64,000 bases of DNA, from assembly GCA_000995965.1 (NCBI GenBank), contig LBYD01000002.1, positions 270,563 to 334,562 of the forward strand, given 5' to 3'. The translations under genes were made by a program, and so were the position numbers. Position 1 is the stretch's first letter. Each line of letters begins with the position of its first letter. This document shows positions 8,846-19,339 of this stretch, piece after piece. The stretch is from Candidatus Moranbacteria bacterium GW2011_GWC2_40_12. Its GTDB lineage: Bacteria > Patescibacteriota > Minisyncoccia > Moranbacterales > UBA11712. The notes beneath the pieces are model-generated. The model saw nothing but the letters and a program-made list of their open reading frames with translations, made no database searches and had not been told where the DNA came from.

Positions 8846-9118
8846 ATGAAAATAGTTTTGAAGATAGATGATAACAATGTCGTCAGAATTTTTCTCTTTA
8901 AAGGGAAAAAAGAGAAAGAAAGCCTTGAGTGGAAAGAAGAAAACTCTCTTTCGCGGTTTTTGCTTGCCAATTTGGACAAACTTTTGCGCAAAAACGGCGC
9001 GGGCCTTGACAAAATTTCTGAATATAAGATAATAAGTGATGTGCCGGAGAATTGGACGAGTGCGAGGATTGCGAAGGTCACATTTGAAAGCCTCGAGATA
9101 GCGACCCTTGCCAAATAA
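8846..9118 (+). CDS. Short TsaB-like (N-terminal domain only) protein
   Basis: LL.NLDKLL...LDKI...WTSARIA resembles the TsaB segment ending GSFTGLRIG; only 90 aa. Confidence 0.45.
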   Translation: MKIVLKIDDNNVVRIFLFKGKKEKESLEWKEENSLSRFLLANLDKLLRKNGAGLDKISEYKIISDVPENWTSARIAKVTFESLEIATLAK

Positions 9119-9277
9119 AATGCCTCGTGCTAGATTATAAATACGATATCTAACTTTGGGGGATTTGGATATATTTTCGAAAAATAATTAAATACTTCTA
9201 ACTAAAACCACTTAGCCAAAACTCTTTGCTCCCCAGAAATTTCGCGGGGCGAAAGGTTGGAGAGTGGCGTGTCTTTT

Positions 9278-12200
9278 ATGTCTTTGGGGCAAAAAACTCT
9301 CGGGGTGAAAGAGTCTTTCAGCCCACAATCCTCTCTGCGCAAGAGGAAATTTTTCAGACGGCTTCCGATGGTTTCTCTTCCCAACTTAATTGAGGGGCAA
9401 GTGGCTTCTTATGAATGGTTCATGAGAGAAGGCCTGAGGGAACTGCTTGACGAAGTGAATCCAATCAACGATTTCACGGGGAAGGATCTGGAGCTTTCTT
9501 TCGGAGAATATTATTTGGACGAGCCAAAATACGATGAAAAAACCTCGAAAGCGAAAAATATTTCTTTTGAGGCGCCTCTTCGCTCAAAAGTGAAGCTTCT
9601 CAACAAACAGACGGGAGAAGTGAAAGAGCAGGAAGTTTATCTCGGAGATATTCCCATCATGACCGAGCGGGGAACATTCATCATAAATGGCGTGGAACGC
9701 GTCGTTGTCAGCCAGCTTATTCGAAGCCCAGGCGTCTTTTTTACTATGGAATATAATAAAGGGCAGCGACTTTTTGGGGCGAAAATCATTCCTAACCGCG
9801 GAGCCTGGCTTGAAATGGAAACTGATCTTGACGGCGCCATTTGGGTGAAAATTGACCGGAAAAGAAAAATAGCCATCACGGCGCTTCTTCGCGCGTTTGG
9901 TTTTTCCAGCGATGAAAATCTGGTAAAAACCTTTTCAGACGTTGATACCGGAGAGAAAAAATATATTGAAGCTACGATTGATAAGGATACGACCAAAAAT
10001 CAAGGAGAAGGATTTCTAGAAGTTTATCGGCGCATCAGGCCGGGAGATTTAGCGACCCAGGAAAATGCCAAACAGATGATTGAAGCGATGTTTTTCAATT
10101 TTGAACGCTATGATTTCGGGAAAGTCGGGCGCTATCGCTTGAACCAAAGAATGGAAACGAAGTTTCCTGATGATGAAGCGCATCGGATCATGCGTCCGGA
10201 GGATTTGGCTGAAATTGTCAAAGAAATTATCCGTCTCAACAATGATCCAATGGCAAGTCCGGATGATATTGACCATTTAGGAAACCGCCGAGTGCGCTGT
10301 GTTGGAGAGCTGGTGCAGAACAAATTCCGGGCGGGTCTGGCGCGGATGTCTCGAAATATCAAAGACCGGATGAGTACCTGCGACCTTGCGACGGTTGTTC
10401 CGGGGCAGCTAATCAATTCCCGTCCGGTGGCAGCCGCGGTAAAAGAATTTTTCGCCTCCTCCCAACTTTCGCAGTTCATGGACCAGGTGAATCCTCTGGC
10501 GGAGCTTGAACACAAGAGAAGGCTTTCAGCGATGGGGCCGGGAGGACTGACCCGCGAACGGGCCGGCTTCGAAGTCCGCGACGTGCACCAATCACACTAC
10601 GGAAGGATTTGTCCAGTGCAGACTCCGGAAGGCCCAAATATCGGACTCGTGAATCATTTATCCTGCTATGCCCGAATCAACGAATACGGTTTTATCGAAA
10701 CTCCATACCGAAAAGTGACACACAAAAACGGAAAACATTTTGTTACGAAGGACATAGAGTATTTAAACGCTACCGTGGAAGACCGCAAAATCATCGCTCA
10801 CGCAGATACGGAAATCGACGAAGAAGGACGCATTTTGAATGAAATGCTCGAAGCGAGGGTAAAAGGGAAACCCTCGATGATTGAAGTAGGTCAAGTTGAT
10901 TATATTGATGTTTCTGCCAAACAATGCATTTCCGTTTCTACGGCGCTAATTCCTTTTCTAGAACACGATGACGCTCACCGGGCTCTCATGGGCTCGAACA
11001 TGCAGCGCCAAGCCGTTTCTTGTATTGTGCCCCAGGCGCCATTGGTCGGAACGGGGCTCGAAGACAAAGCGGCGGCAGATTCGGGGCAGGTGGTTCTGGC
11101 CCGGACAAACGGCGAAGTTGTCGAGGTTGACGCTGATCATATTACCTTAAAAGAGGAAGGTATTTCGGGAAAGTCAGCCAAAAGAACTTATCACCTTCAA
11201 AGCTTTGAGCGTTCAAACGCTTTCACCTGCATGAACCAGATTCCGCGTGTTGAAGCAGGCGAACAGGTGAAAAAAGGGCAACTTCTTGCGGACGGCGCTT
11301 CAACAGACAGCGGTGAACTGGCGCTGGGTCAGAACATTTTGGTAGCTCTTATGCCTTGGGAAGGCGCCAATTTTGAAGACGCGATTATTATTTCGGAAAG
11401 ACTTCTTCAGGATGACCGCTATACTTCGATTCACATCGAAGATTTCACAGTTGATATTCGCGACACAAAACTGGGGCCGGAAGTGGTGACGCGGGACATC
11501 CCAAATATTGGGGAAGAGCGACTCAAAAATCTTGACGATACGGGAATAATTCACATCGGAGCCGAGGTTTCTTCCGGCGATATCCTAATTGGAAAAATAT
11601 CTCCCAAGGGCGAGGGGGACCTCACTCCCGAAGAAAGATTGCTGAGGGCGATTTTCGGGGAGAAATCAAAAGACGTAAAGGATACCTCCCTTTATCTTCC
11701 TCACGGGGAACACGGAAAAGTGGTGGACATAAAGATTTTCTCGCGGGAACAAGGAGATAAGCTTCCCGCCGGCGTCATTCAGCAGATTCAGGTCAGTGTG
11801 GCCCAGCTTAGAAAAATTTCAGTTGGCGATAAACTGGCCGGCCGGCACGGAAACAAGGGTGTGATTTCTAAAATAGCTCCGGCTGAAGATATGCCCTATC
11901 TTCCCGATGGAACTCCAGTCGACATTATCCTCAATCCTTTGGGCGTGGCATCCCGCATGAACATTGGCCAGATTCTCGAAGCCCATTTAGGCTGGGCGGC
12001 GGATAAGCTTGGATACAAGGTGGCGAGCCCCTCTCTTGCCGGCGTGAGCGAGACTGATATCAAGACCGAACTGCGTGAAGCGGGACTCCCTGAAGATGGA
12101 AAAATCAGATTGATAAACGGAAAAACAGGCGAACACTTCGATGAAAAAACCATGGTTGGCCATATGTATATAATGAAACTCAATCATTTGGTTGAAGATA

Positions 12201-12562
12201 AAATTCATATGCGTTCGATCGGACCTTATTCTCTGATTACCCAGCAGCCGCTTGGCGGAAAAGCCCAATTTGGCGGTCAGCGGTTCGGGGAAATGGAAGT
12301 CTGGGCGCTGGAAGGATATGGCAGCGCCTATACTCTTCAGGAAATGCTGACGATCAAATCAGACGACGTTTTGGGCCGGTCTAAAGCCTATGAGTCAATA
12401 ATCAAAGGAGAAAAAATCAGAAATCCGAATGTGCCGGCTTCTTTCAACGTTCTTGTGAGCGAGCTCAAAGGACTCTGTCTCAATGTGGAACTGGTTGGGG
12501 AAAAGGAAGAGGCAAATAGCGGGAAGCCGGAGGAGAAAAAAGAAAAAGAGAAAGCCGAATAA
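9278..12562 (+). CDS. rpoB: DNA-directed RNA polymerase beta subunit
   Basis: GTFIINGVERVVVSQL, GDKLAGRHGNKG, GGQRFGEMEVWALE. Confidence 0.99.
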   Translation: MSLGQKTLGVKESFSPQSSLRKRKFFRRLPMVSLPNLIEGQVASYEWFMREGLRELLDEVNPINDFTGKDLELSFGEYYLDEPKYDEKTSKAKNISFEAPLRSKVKLLNKQTGEVKEQEVYLGDIPIMTERGTFIINGVERVVVSQLIRSPGVFFTMEYNKGQRLFGAKIIPNRGAWLEMETDLDGAIWVKIDRKRKIAITALLRAFGFSSDENLVKTFSDVDTGEKKYIEATIDKDTTKNQGEGFLEVYRRIRPGDLATQENAKQMIEAMFFNFERYDFGKVGRYRLNQRMETKFPDDEAHRIMRPEDLAEIVKEIIRLNNDPMASPDDIDHLGNRRVRCVGELVQNKFRAGLARMSRNIKDRMSTCDLATVVPGQLINSRPVAAAVKEFFASSQLSQFMDQVNPLAELEHKRRLSAMGPGGLTRERAGFEVRDVHQSHYGRICPVQTPEGPNIGLVNHLSCYARINEYGFIETPYRKVTHKNGKHFVTKDIEYLNATVEDRKIIAHADTEIDEEGRILNEMLEARVKGKPSMIEVGQVDYIDVSAKQCISVSTALIPFLEHDDAHRALMGSNMQRQAVSCIVPQAPLVGTGLEDKAAADSGQVVLARTNGEVVEVDADHITLKEEGISGKSAKRTYHLQSFERSNAFTCMNQIPRVEAGEQVKKGQLLADGASTDSGELALGQNILVALMPWEGANFEDAIIISERLLQDDRYTSIHIEDFTVDIRDTKLGPEVVTRDIPNIGEERLKNLDDTGIIHIGAEVSSGDILIGKISPKGEGDLTPEERLLRAIFGEKSKDVKDTSLYLPHGEHGKVVDIKIFSREQGDKLPAGVIQQIQVSVAQLRKISVGDKLAGRHGNKGVISKIAPAEDMPYLPDGTPVDIILNPLGVASRMNIGQILEAHLGWAADKLGYKVASPSLAGVSETDIKTELREAGLPEDGKIRLINGKTGEHFDEKTMVGHMYIMKLNHLVEDKIHMRSIGPYSLITQQPLGGKAQFGGQRFGEMEVWALEGYGSAYTLQEMLTIKSDDVLGRSKAYESIIKGEKIRNPNVPASFNVLVSELKGLCLNVELVGEKEEANSGKPEEKKEKEKAE

Positions 12563-12580
12563 TCAAATTATTTTTGCAAT

Positions 12581-15500
12581 ATGAATCAGCCTTCCATTAC
12601 TCGAGTATCCGATTTTGATTCTATCCGCCTGCGCTTGGCCAGTCCCGATAATATATTGAACTGGTCGCACGGCGAGGTAACCAAGCCGGAAACTATAAAT
12701 TATCGCACCCAGCGCTATGAACGCGACGGCCTTTTTTGCGAAAAAATCTTCGGACCGGCCAAAGACTGGGAGTGTTATTGCGGAAAATACAAAAAAATAC
12801 GCTATAAAGGGATTGTTTGTGACAAGTGCGGAGTGGAAGTGACCCGGTCCATTGTTCGCCGAGAGCGCACCGGACATATCAAGCTGGCGGTGCCAGTTTC
12901 GCATATTTGGTTTTTGCGTGGCGTGCCTTCAAAAATCGGGTTGGCGCTTGGCATGACTGCCCAGGACCTTGAAAAAGTTGTCTACTTCGCGAGCTACGTG
13001 GTCATGGAAATTGATGAAGAAGCTCGCAAAGAAACCCTCGCTCGCATTGATTCAGAATACAAAGGCAAACAAAAGAAAATAAAAAGCGAAGCCGAACCGG
13101 GCCAGGAAAAGACAGGCGAACTGAAAAGCGCCTACCAAATCAGCCGCGACGAAATCAAGAATCTGAAGTTGTTCCAAATTCTTTCCGAGGTGGAATATTT
13201 CAATCTCTCCCTGAAATACGGGCATGTTTTCAAAGCTGGAATTGGAGCGGAAGCCATTCGCCGTCTTCTTGAGGAAATTGATCTCGGGAAAGAAATTGAA
13301 AAAATTGAAAAGGCTCTCCAAGACGACAAATCTTCCGACAAAAAAAAGATGCTCAAAAGGCTGAAACTTTTCCAGGGAATGAAACAGTCAGGAATCCGTC
13401 CCGAGTGGATGCTCCCAACGGCTATTCCGGTTATTCCCCCCGATCTTCGTCCGATGGTTCAGCTCGACGGGGGACGCTTTGCCACTTCGGATCTCAATGA
13501 TCTTTATCGTCGCATTATCAATCGCAACAACCGCCTGAAAAAACTCATTGAAATCGGAGCGCCGGAAGTGATTTCCCGCAACGAAAAACGGATGCTTCAA
13601 GAGGCGGTAGACGCTCTCTTCGACAATAGTGCCCGGCGAGGTCAGACTTCAGTTGCGGCCTCCACTGGACAAAGAAGAGCGCTTCGATCTCTTGCGGATA
13701 TGCTCAAAGGAAAGCAAGGTCGGTTTCGGCAAAACCTTTTGGGGAAGCGGGTTGATTATTCCGGTCGCAGTGTTATCGTGGTTGGCCCGCGACTCAAACT
13801 TCACCAGTGCGGTCTTCCCAAGAAAATGGCTCTCGAACTATTCAAACCTTTCATCATCAACAATCTGATTGAAAAAGGATTCGCCCACAACGTCCGGTCG
13901 GCTGGAAAAATGGTTGAATATGAAGCCGAAGAAGCCTACGAAATGCTGGACGACATCATCGAACACCACTACGTCCTCCTTAATCGCGCGCCGACCCTCC
14001 ATCGTTTGAGTATTCAGGCCTTTCAACCTGTGCTGATTGAAGGAAAAGCCATTCAGATCCATCCAATGGTTTGCGCCGCATTCAATGCCGATTTCGACGG
14101 TGATCAAATGGCGGTTCATGTTCCTCTTACGGAAGAGGCCAGGCGGGAAGCAGGAGAAATCATGCTTTCATCCAAAAATCTTCTGAAACCGGCGAGCGGC
14201 GAGCCGATCACGATCCCTTCCCAGGATATGGTGCTTGGCTGTTACTATATGACTCATTTTGTAAAAGGCAGGAAAGGCGAGGGAAAAATATTTTCCGGAA
14301 AAGAGGAAGCTATTCTGGCCTACCACACGGGATATCTGGAGCTTCAGAGTGAAATCGAAGTTGAACTGGACGGCGGGCGAGTGAAAACTTCAGTCGGCCG
14401 GGTTCTTTTCAATGAAATTGTTCCCAAAGAAATCGGTTTTGTCAATCAAGAGCTCGACAAAGGAAAGCTTCGGGAATTGGTTGGGAAATGTCTCGCGGCG
14501 ACATCTTCAGAGGAAACAGCAAAGTTCGTGGATAATCTCAAAAATCTGGCGTTTGGCATCGTTACCCGTTCAGGTCTGAGTTGGGGAATGGACGACCTCT
14601 TGGTTCCAGAAAAGAAAAAAGACATTATCCAGGAAGCCGAGGACCAAGTGGATATTGTCAACAAACAATTTGAAATGGGGCTTCTCACTCACGCGGAACG
14701 GAAAAACCGCATTATCGAAATATGGAATGAAGCCAAAAACAAAATTACTGATGCTGTCCGCGCTTCTCTCGACAGGGAAGGGCCGGTTTATTCGATGGTA
14801 TATTCAAAAGCCCGCGGAACCGAAGCGGTGGTTGTTCAAATGACTGGGATGAAAGGTCTCGTGGCCGGACCTACTGGAGAAACAATCGAGCTTCCTATCC
14901 GGTCTTCTTTCAAGGAAGGTTTCAATGTTTTGGAATATTTCATTGCTACTCACGGCGCGAGAAAAGGTATGGCGGATACGGCTCTTCGAACGGCAACAGC
15001 TGGATATCTGACTCGGCGTCTCGTGGACGTGTCTCAGGATATGGTTGTGCGCGATCCAGATTGCGCCGACGAAGAGGGAGGCTGGATATATCGGGATGAT
15101 TCGGTTGTTGCCGGTGTCAGTTTTTCCTCCCGAATTGCCGGCCGGATTCTTCTTGAAAACGCCGTTGATCCCAAGACAAAAAAAATTATTGCTAAAAAAG
15201 GGGAAATGATCACCAAAGAAGAAGGGGAGGAAATTGAAAAAAAAGGAATTGAAAAAGTGAAAATACGCTCTATCATTACCTGCAAAACGCGCCGGGGAGT
15301 CTGCCAAAAATGCTACGGACTTGACCTTGGAAGAAATGAATTGGTCCAGATCGGCCAGGCGGTTGGGATCGTGGCGGCCCAAGCTATCGGCGAGCCGGGG
15401 ACCCAGCTCACGATGAGAACTTTTCATATCGGAGGAGTGGCCGGGACGGACATCACCCAGGGACTTCCCCGGGTGGATGAAATTTTTGAAGCCCGTCCGC

Positions 15501-16162
15501 CAAAAGGTGAAGCGGCGGTTTCGGAAGTCGACGGAAAAGTGGCTGAAATCACCGAAACGGAAAAAGACAAGATTATCCGCGTGGAAGCGGAAGGGCCGAA
15601 AAAGAAAAAAGACATTCATGAGTATGTCGTTTCGGCTGTGATGAACCTCAATGTTCAAAAAGGAGATCTCGTCACCCGCGGCCAAGTTCTTTCCGAAGGG
15701 CATCTGGATCTCAAAAAGCTTTTCAAGATAAAAGGGCGGGAAGTTGTTCACCGCTATATCACAAAAGAAGTGCAGGAAATTTACAGCGCTCAGGGAGAGG
15801 GCATCAACGACAAGCATATCGAAGTGATCATCCGCCAGATGCTTTCGCGCGTGCGCATTCTCGATCCGGGCGACACCAGTCTTCTTCCAGGCGACACAGT
15901 CGAAGAAGTCCAGCTTCAAGAGGCCAATGAAGCGGCCAAGAAAGCAGGAGGAAATGTGGCCACGGCTGAAAAGCTCCTGCTCGGAATATCGAAAGTCGCC
16001 CTTTCAACAGAAAGTTTCCTTTCGGCGGCGTCCTTCCAGGAAACAGCTAAAGTCCTCATCAACGCGGCCGTCACCGGAAAAGAAGACCGCCTGCGGGGAC
16101 TAAAAGAAAATGTGATTATCGGAAAACTAATCCCGGCCGGAACAGGGTATCGGAAGCAATAA
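12581..16162 (+). CDS. rpoC: DNA-directed RNA polymerase beta' subunit
   Basis: [12 protein letters not shown] catalytic motif, N-terminal Zn finger, [13 protein letters not shown]. Confidence 0.99.
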   Translation: MNQPSITRVSDFDSIRLRLASPDNILNWSHGEVTKPETINYRTQRYERDGLFCEKIFGPAKDWECYCGKYKKIRYKGIVCDKCGVEVTRSIVRRERTGHIKLAVPVSHIWFLRGVPSKIGLALGMTAQDLEKVVYFASYVVMEIDEEARKETLARIDSEYKGKQKKIKSEAEPGQEKTGELKSAYQISRDEIKNLKLFQILSEVEYFNLSLKYGHVFKAGIGAEAIRRLLEEIDLGKEIEKIEKALQDDKSSDKKKMLKRLKLFQGMKQSGIRPEWMLPTAIPVIPPDLRPMVQLDGGRFATSDLNDLYRRIINRNNRLKKLIEIGAPEVISRNEKRMLQEAVDALFDNSARRGQTSVAASTGQRRALRSLADMLKGKQGRFRQNLLGKRVDYSGRSVIVVGPRLKLHQCGLPKKMALELFKPFIINNLIEKGFAHNVRSAGKMVEYEAEEAYEMLDDIIEHHYVLLNRAPTLHRLSIQAFQPVLIEGKAIQIHPMVCAAFNADFDGDQMAVHVPLTEEARREAGEIMLSSKNLLKPASGEPITIPSQDMVLGCYYMTHFVKGRKGEGKIFSGKEEAILAYHTGYLELQSEIEVELDGGRVKTSVGRVLFNEIVPKEIGFVNQELDKGKLRELVGKCLAATSSEETAKFVDNLKNLAFGIVTRSGLSWGMDDLLVPEKKKDIIQEAEDQVDIVNKQFEMGLLTHAERKNRIIEIWNEAKNKITDAVRASLDREGPVYSMVYSKARGTEAVVVQMTGMKGLVAGPTGETIELPIRSSFKEGFNVLEYFIATHGARKGMADTALRTATAGYLTRRLVDVSQDMVVRDPDCADEEGGWIYRDDSVVAGVSFSSRIAGRILLENAVDPKTKKIIAKKGEMITKEEGEEIEKKGIEKVKIRSIITCKTRRGVCQKCYGLDLGRNELVQIGQAVGIVAAQAIGEPGTQLTMRTFHIGGVAGTDITQGLPRVDEIFEARPPKGEAAVSEVDGKVAEITETEKDKIIRVEAEGPKKKKDIHEYVVSAVMNLNVQKGDLVTRGQVLSEGHLDLKKLFKIKGREVVHRYITKEVQEIYSAQGEGINDKHIEVIIRQMLSRVRILDPGDTSLLPGDTVEEVQLQEANEAAKKAGGNVATAEKLLLGISKVALSTESFLSAASFQETAKVLINAAVTGKEDRLRGLKENVIIGKLIPAGTGYRKQ

Positions 16163-16198
16163 TTGGAAAGTATCGAAAAATATTTGGTATTTCGCATA

Positions 16199-16229
16199 AA
16201 GAAAATCCGCCTTGGGCGGATTTTTCTTA
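16199..16229 (+). terminator. rpoBC terminator
   Basis: AAAATCCGCC-TTG-GGCGGATTTTT hairpin. Confidence 0.85.
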
Positions 16230-16545
16230 TGGGGAAAAGATTTAAATTTTAAAACCACAAATGCAATTTATGATTTTGGAAAAGAGGGAGTGAAATATAT
16301 TCTAATAATATAATTCATATCACTTCTCAATTCCTATTCTAACCCTACATTATACGCTTATTTTATGCTTTTGTCAATCTCCCGTGAAACATTTTGAAAT
16401 ACGCTGTGAAACGAAGAATGACGCCTCATATAAAGCATTATTTCGTAAAAAACAACCTTTGCAGGTTATTTTCAAAAAACAAAATACGCCTAAAGATTTG
16501 AATCCAAACTTGAGCTGATTTATTCGCTTTTACTCTCCATAACCT

Positions 16546-16701
16546 TCATCTCCGCGACGCGAGGGCGGCGAGAATGAGCCCGGCTACGTTCACCAGAACC
16601 AGAAGCCCCGCGACCACGAGAGTCGAGACGATGGAGAAGGCGCCATAGAGGCCGTATCTCCCGTGCCGATACTCAGCGGGAGAAATCCAACGCTTTTTCA
16701 T
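16546..16701 (-). CDS. Small single-pass membrane protein (51 aa, below the ORF track cutoff)
   Basis: MKKRWISPAEYRHGRYGLYGAFSIVSTLVVAGLLVLVNVAGLILAALASRR; GC-rich codons within AT-rich flanks. Confidence 0.55.
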   Translation of the reverse strand: MKKRWISPAEYRHGRYGLYGAFSIVSTLVVAGLLVLVNVAGLILAALASRR

Positions 16702-16889
16702 AACGATAGCCTAATAATTAGCTATCTTTATTTTTTCCGCCAAATCTGGCGGACAAAACAGCCTATCATGAGGAAAAAAATCTGTCAACAAAAAAATCCC
16801 GAAACAACAAAAAAGGCTTATAAAAAGCCAAATTAATCTATTTCTAAAGTCAAACCCGGAGGGAAAGACTAAATCTACACATATTTCAA

Positions 16890-16927
16890 TTGTATCATAA
16901 TAACACGGCCGTCTTATTATGATACAA
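16890..16927. repeat. 38-bp near-perfect palindrome with ACGGCCGT centre
   Basis: TTGTATCATAATAA-C-ACGGCCGT-C-TTATTATGATACAA, directly abutting the stop of 16928-17485. Confidence 0.85.
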
Positions 16928-17485
16928 CTATCTTCTAAAAAAATGCCTTTTGAGGGCGGGTTCGCTGTCGATGTTTGTCGCGGTGACAACCCTAACATAA
17001 GGCTGGGCCGAATAAAGTGAGACAAGCTCCTGGATGGGCTTTTCAAATGGATGCGGAGAAACAAAAACGCTGTGCTGGAGTTTCAAAAATTTGAGCGTCC
17101 GCAAATGCTCGCGCAGAATATCGCGAAACAGCCGATTTTTCTCCGGAATGTCGAAAAGAACGAGCCGCCATTTTCCATCCCAGCGCTTCGGCCTTTTGAA
17201 ATTTATGGAGCTTCCGATGAGACTCAATATTTTCGCTTCCCGTTTGCCTCTTGTCGTCAGAACCAGTCTGAAAGATCCGTCAGGGAGCCTTTTTTCTTTA
17301 AGGAGTTTTTCATCGGAGAGACGGTGCAAAGAGCGGTTGAAATTCCGTTGGTCAATTTTTCTCCATTCTGACCGCATGAGGCGTAGTGTCCGGTAGTATT
17401 GCCAGGGAGATCGAGAAAAGCCGAGGGCAACACTGCCCATAAGAGCTATGAGTATCTTTTTTTGCACAGGTCCGAATTTATACAT
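16928..17485 (-). CDS. PaaX-like protein (winged helix plus Cas2-like domain)
   Basis: LTTRG...WDGKWRLVLFDIPEK.R..RD.LR..L..L.F..LQHSVFVSPHP signature of the PaaX central Cas2-like domain. Confidence 0.85.
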   Translation of the reverse strand: MYKFGPVQKKILIALMGSVALGFSRSPWQYYRTLRLMRSEWRKIDQRNFNRSLHRLSDEKLLKEKRLPDGSFRLVLTTRGKREAKILSLIGSSINFKRPKRWDGKWRLVLFDIPEKNRLFRDILREHLRTLKFLKLQHSVFVSPHPFEKPIQELVSLYSAQPYVRVVTATNIDSEPALKRHFFRR

Positions 17486-17491
17486 GGTCCA

Positions 17492-17535
17492 ATTTCCATT
17501 GTATCATAATTATACGGCCGTGGAAAGATGATGCG
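17492..17535. repeat. Upstream copy of the ACGGCCGT element, overlapping a -10 box
   Basis: 17492-17521 is 27/30 identical to 16883-16912; contains minus-strand TATAAT. Confidence 0.8.
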
Positions 17536-17660
17536 TTGCGGGGTTCTGTAGGGGGAGGATCCTGAATGTGGAGGCTCCTGAAGTTGGACTTTAGGAATGA
17601 TTATCCCGCAGTTTTAAAATCTCTTCAACTGATTGATTATTATTATAACTCATTGAAAAA

Positions 17661-17690
17661 CAAAGACCAGCCCACGGTGGGGCTGGTGTG
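17661..17690 (-). terminator. Terminator
   Basis: ACCAGCCC-N-GGGCTGGT hairpin with a T-rich tract on the minus strand. Confidence 0.6.
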
Positions 17691-17692
17691 AG

Positions 17693-18079
17693 TCAGGCCT
17701 TTTTTATTGAGAATATCTCGAGCGTTATGCTCCCGTCAACATGGAAAGTCACTTTTGGCGCAAGTTCAAATTCAATGCTTGTTATGAATTCTTTTGCACT
17801 TTCCCAGGCTTTTTGCAGTCGCCCTCTTTTTTTTGGGTCGAGTTTGAGGTTAAAGAATAGGAAATGACCGTAAAGCTTTGTTTGAACGGGCATTCCATTT
17901 TGATATATTAATACCCCCAGAGTAACCCCTTGTTTTTGCCGAAGTTTTTCAGCAGAAATGGCCATGTCTAGGAAATCTTCCCATGCCTCTGCTTCCAGAT
18001 GCTTTAGCTCCTTTTTACTCAAAACCTCTTTCAGTTCTTTAATTGCCTTATCTGTCGTAAGAAATTGACCCTCGGCCAT
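17693..18079 (-). CDS. Hypothetical protein
   Basis: 128-aa ORF with SD AAGGAGGG. Confidence 0.7.
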   Translation of the reverse strand: MAEGQFLTTDKAIKELKEVLSKKELKHLEAEAWEDFLDMAISAEKLRQKQGVTLGVLIYQNGMPVQTKLYGHFLFFNLKLDPKKRGRLQKAWESAKEFITSIEFELAPKVTFHVDGSITLEIFSIKKA

Positions 18080-18137
18080 GACGAATCCCTCCTTGTTTAG
18101 CTTTTTTTGCTTCCAAAAAGTTAAATCTTAATAATTC

Positions 18138-18659
18138 TCATTCATTGCCTAACTTTAACTCTTTTGCTCTATAATAAATTGCATCACCCGAAACGCCAAA
18201 GAATTTTGCCAACCTTGCCCTCTTCCATATATCTCCATCGGTTATAGAATTCCACTTATCGCGAAACAGTATCTTGGGCATCAAAAAAGCCGCCGCGAAT
18301 CTTTCACAGAATCTTTCTTCGCCCCAGGCAGAATAAATATCCCCAGTTGAGAAACCATACTTTAATCCCGAGTTTCTGATTATATGCGCAATTTCATGAC
18401 ATAAGGTGAATCTTTGCCTATATTCCGGTTCCTTGGAATTTATCCAGATTTGGAAAATATTTCTCGCAGGATCGAAATACTCAAGTCCCGATGGTTTGAA
18501 TTCTTTTGAATCGGTATGAGAAATTTTCACTCTTATTCCAAGATTCTCTTCTGTCCATTTAATCAAGGAAAATTCTGAAGGCATTTCCTCTTTTATGCCG
18601 TCGTAAATCGCTTTGGCAATATCTTCTGCATTTAGATTTATTCCTTCATATGATTTCAT
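18138..18659 (-). CDS. ImmA/IrrE family zinc metallopeptidase
   Basis: RQRFTLCHEIAH (HExxH), EERFCERFAAAFLMP, LAKFFGVS. Confidence 0.92.
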   Translation of the reverse strand: MKSYEGINLNAEDIAKAIYDGIKEEMPSEFSLIKWTEENLGIRVKISHTDSKEFKPSGLEYFDPARNIFQIWINSKEPEYRQRFTLCHEIAHIIRNSGLKYGFSTGDIYSAWGEERFCERFAAAFLMPKILFRDKWNSITDGDIWKRARLAKFFGVSGDAIYYRAKELKLGNE

Positions 18660-18985
18660 ACTCGCTTTCCGAAATTATCGATTAAATCTTCAATTAACTT
18701 CACATCAATCTCATTTTTAATTTTGTATTTTTTCCGCAAATACATTCTTAGAGGAGATGGCTCATTCTGCTCAATGACATTAAGATTATCAAGTATCTCT
18801 TTGACTTTAATACCTAATCCTTGAGCAAGTTTTATGATTGAATGCAGGGAAATATTTTTTTTGTCAAAATCTCCTTTCTCAATACGCGAAATGAAGGCCT
18901 TTGATAAGCTTGATCTTTCGGACAGTTCGTCGATCGTAAGAGATTTGTTATCCCTATATTTTTTAACAATATTACTTAGTTGCAT
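18656..18985 (-). CDS. XRE-family HTH transcriptional regulator
   Basis: LTIDELSERSSLSKAFISRIEKG; ATGA overlap with the peptidase gene. Confidence 0.9.
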   Translation of the reverse strand: MQLSNIVKKYRDNKSLTIDELSERSSLSKAFISRIEKGDFDKKNISLHSIIKLAQGLGIKVKEILDNLNVIEQNEPSPLRMYLRKKYKIKNEIDVKLIEDLIDNFGKRV

Positions 18986-19104
18986 AGAGTATAATTAAGT
19001 TTATCACAGTGAATATTTCTGTCAACTCCCTATAAAAAAATCGCCGGTTCCCTGACGAAAATTATTAGTTATCTACTTTTTATAGCAACATCAGATTATT
19101 AAAT

Positions 19105-19212
19105 TTACCACCGCCTCCGCGATGTGTTCGTTCCAATCGTGACGGCGATTGTCTTTTTGCCAACTTTGGTCAATTTTCTCACTTCTCTTTCTTCTTTTTT
19201 GCTTCTTGCCAT
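19105..19212 (-). pseudogene. Truncated AbrB/MazE-like gene fragment
   Basis: MARSKKEEREVRKLTKVGKKTIAVTI then unrelated residues and a stop after 35 aa; the AbrB pattern breaks where LP...L is expected. Confidence 0.55.
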
Positions 19213-19339
19213 TTTTTTTTAATTACTTACCTAGTTACGTAATTATGCAAATATCCTATCTCAAAATCCCACATTTGCCAAGAAAAAAACCTTGCCGACT
19301 ACACGCACAAGGTTTTTCTTAATAGAGTAGGCACTGCAC

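Noticed and set aside
14804-15919. 371-aa minus-strand ORF and similar long antisense ORFs within rpoB, ftsK, recA, groEL and others
   Set aside because: Antisense shadows of conserved genes with no recognisable motifs
16711-17064. 117-aa minus-strand ORF
   Set aside because: It overlaps the PaaX-like gene in another frame and runs through the palindrome; no coding features
16883-17535. CRISPR-Cas locus suggested by a Cas2-like domain and ~36-bp palindromic repeats
   Set aside because: Only two local copies separated by a whole gene, no repeat-spacer periodicity, and no cas1 or effector gene in the window
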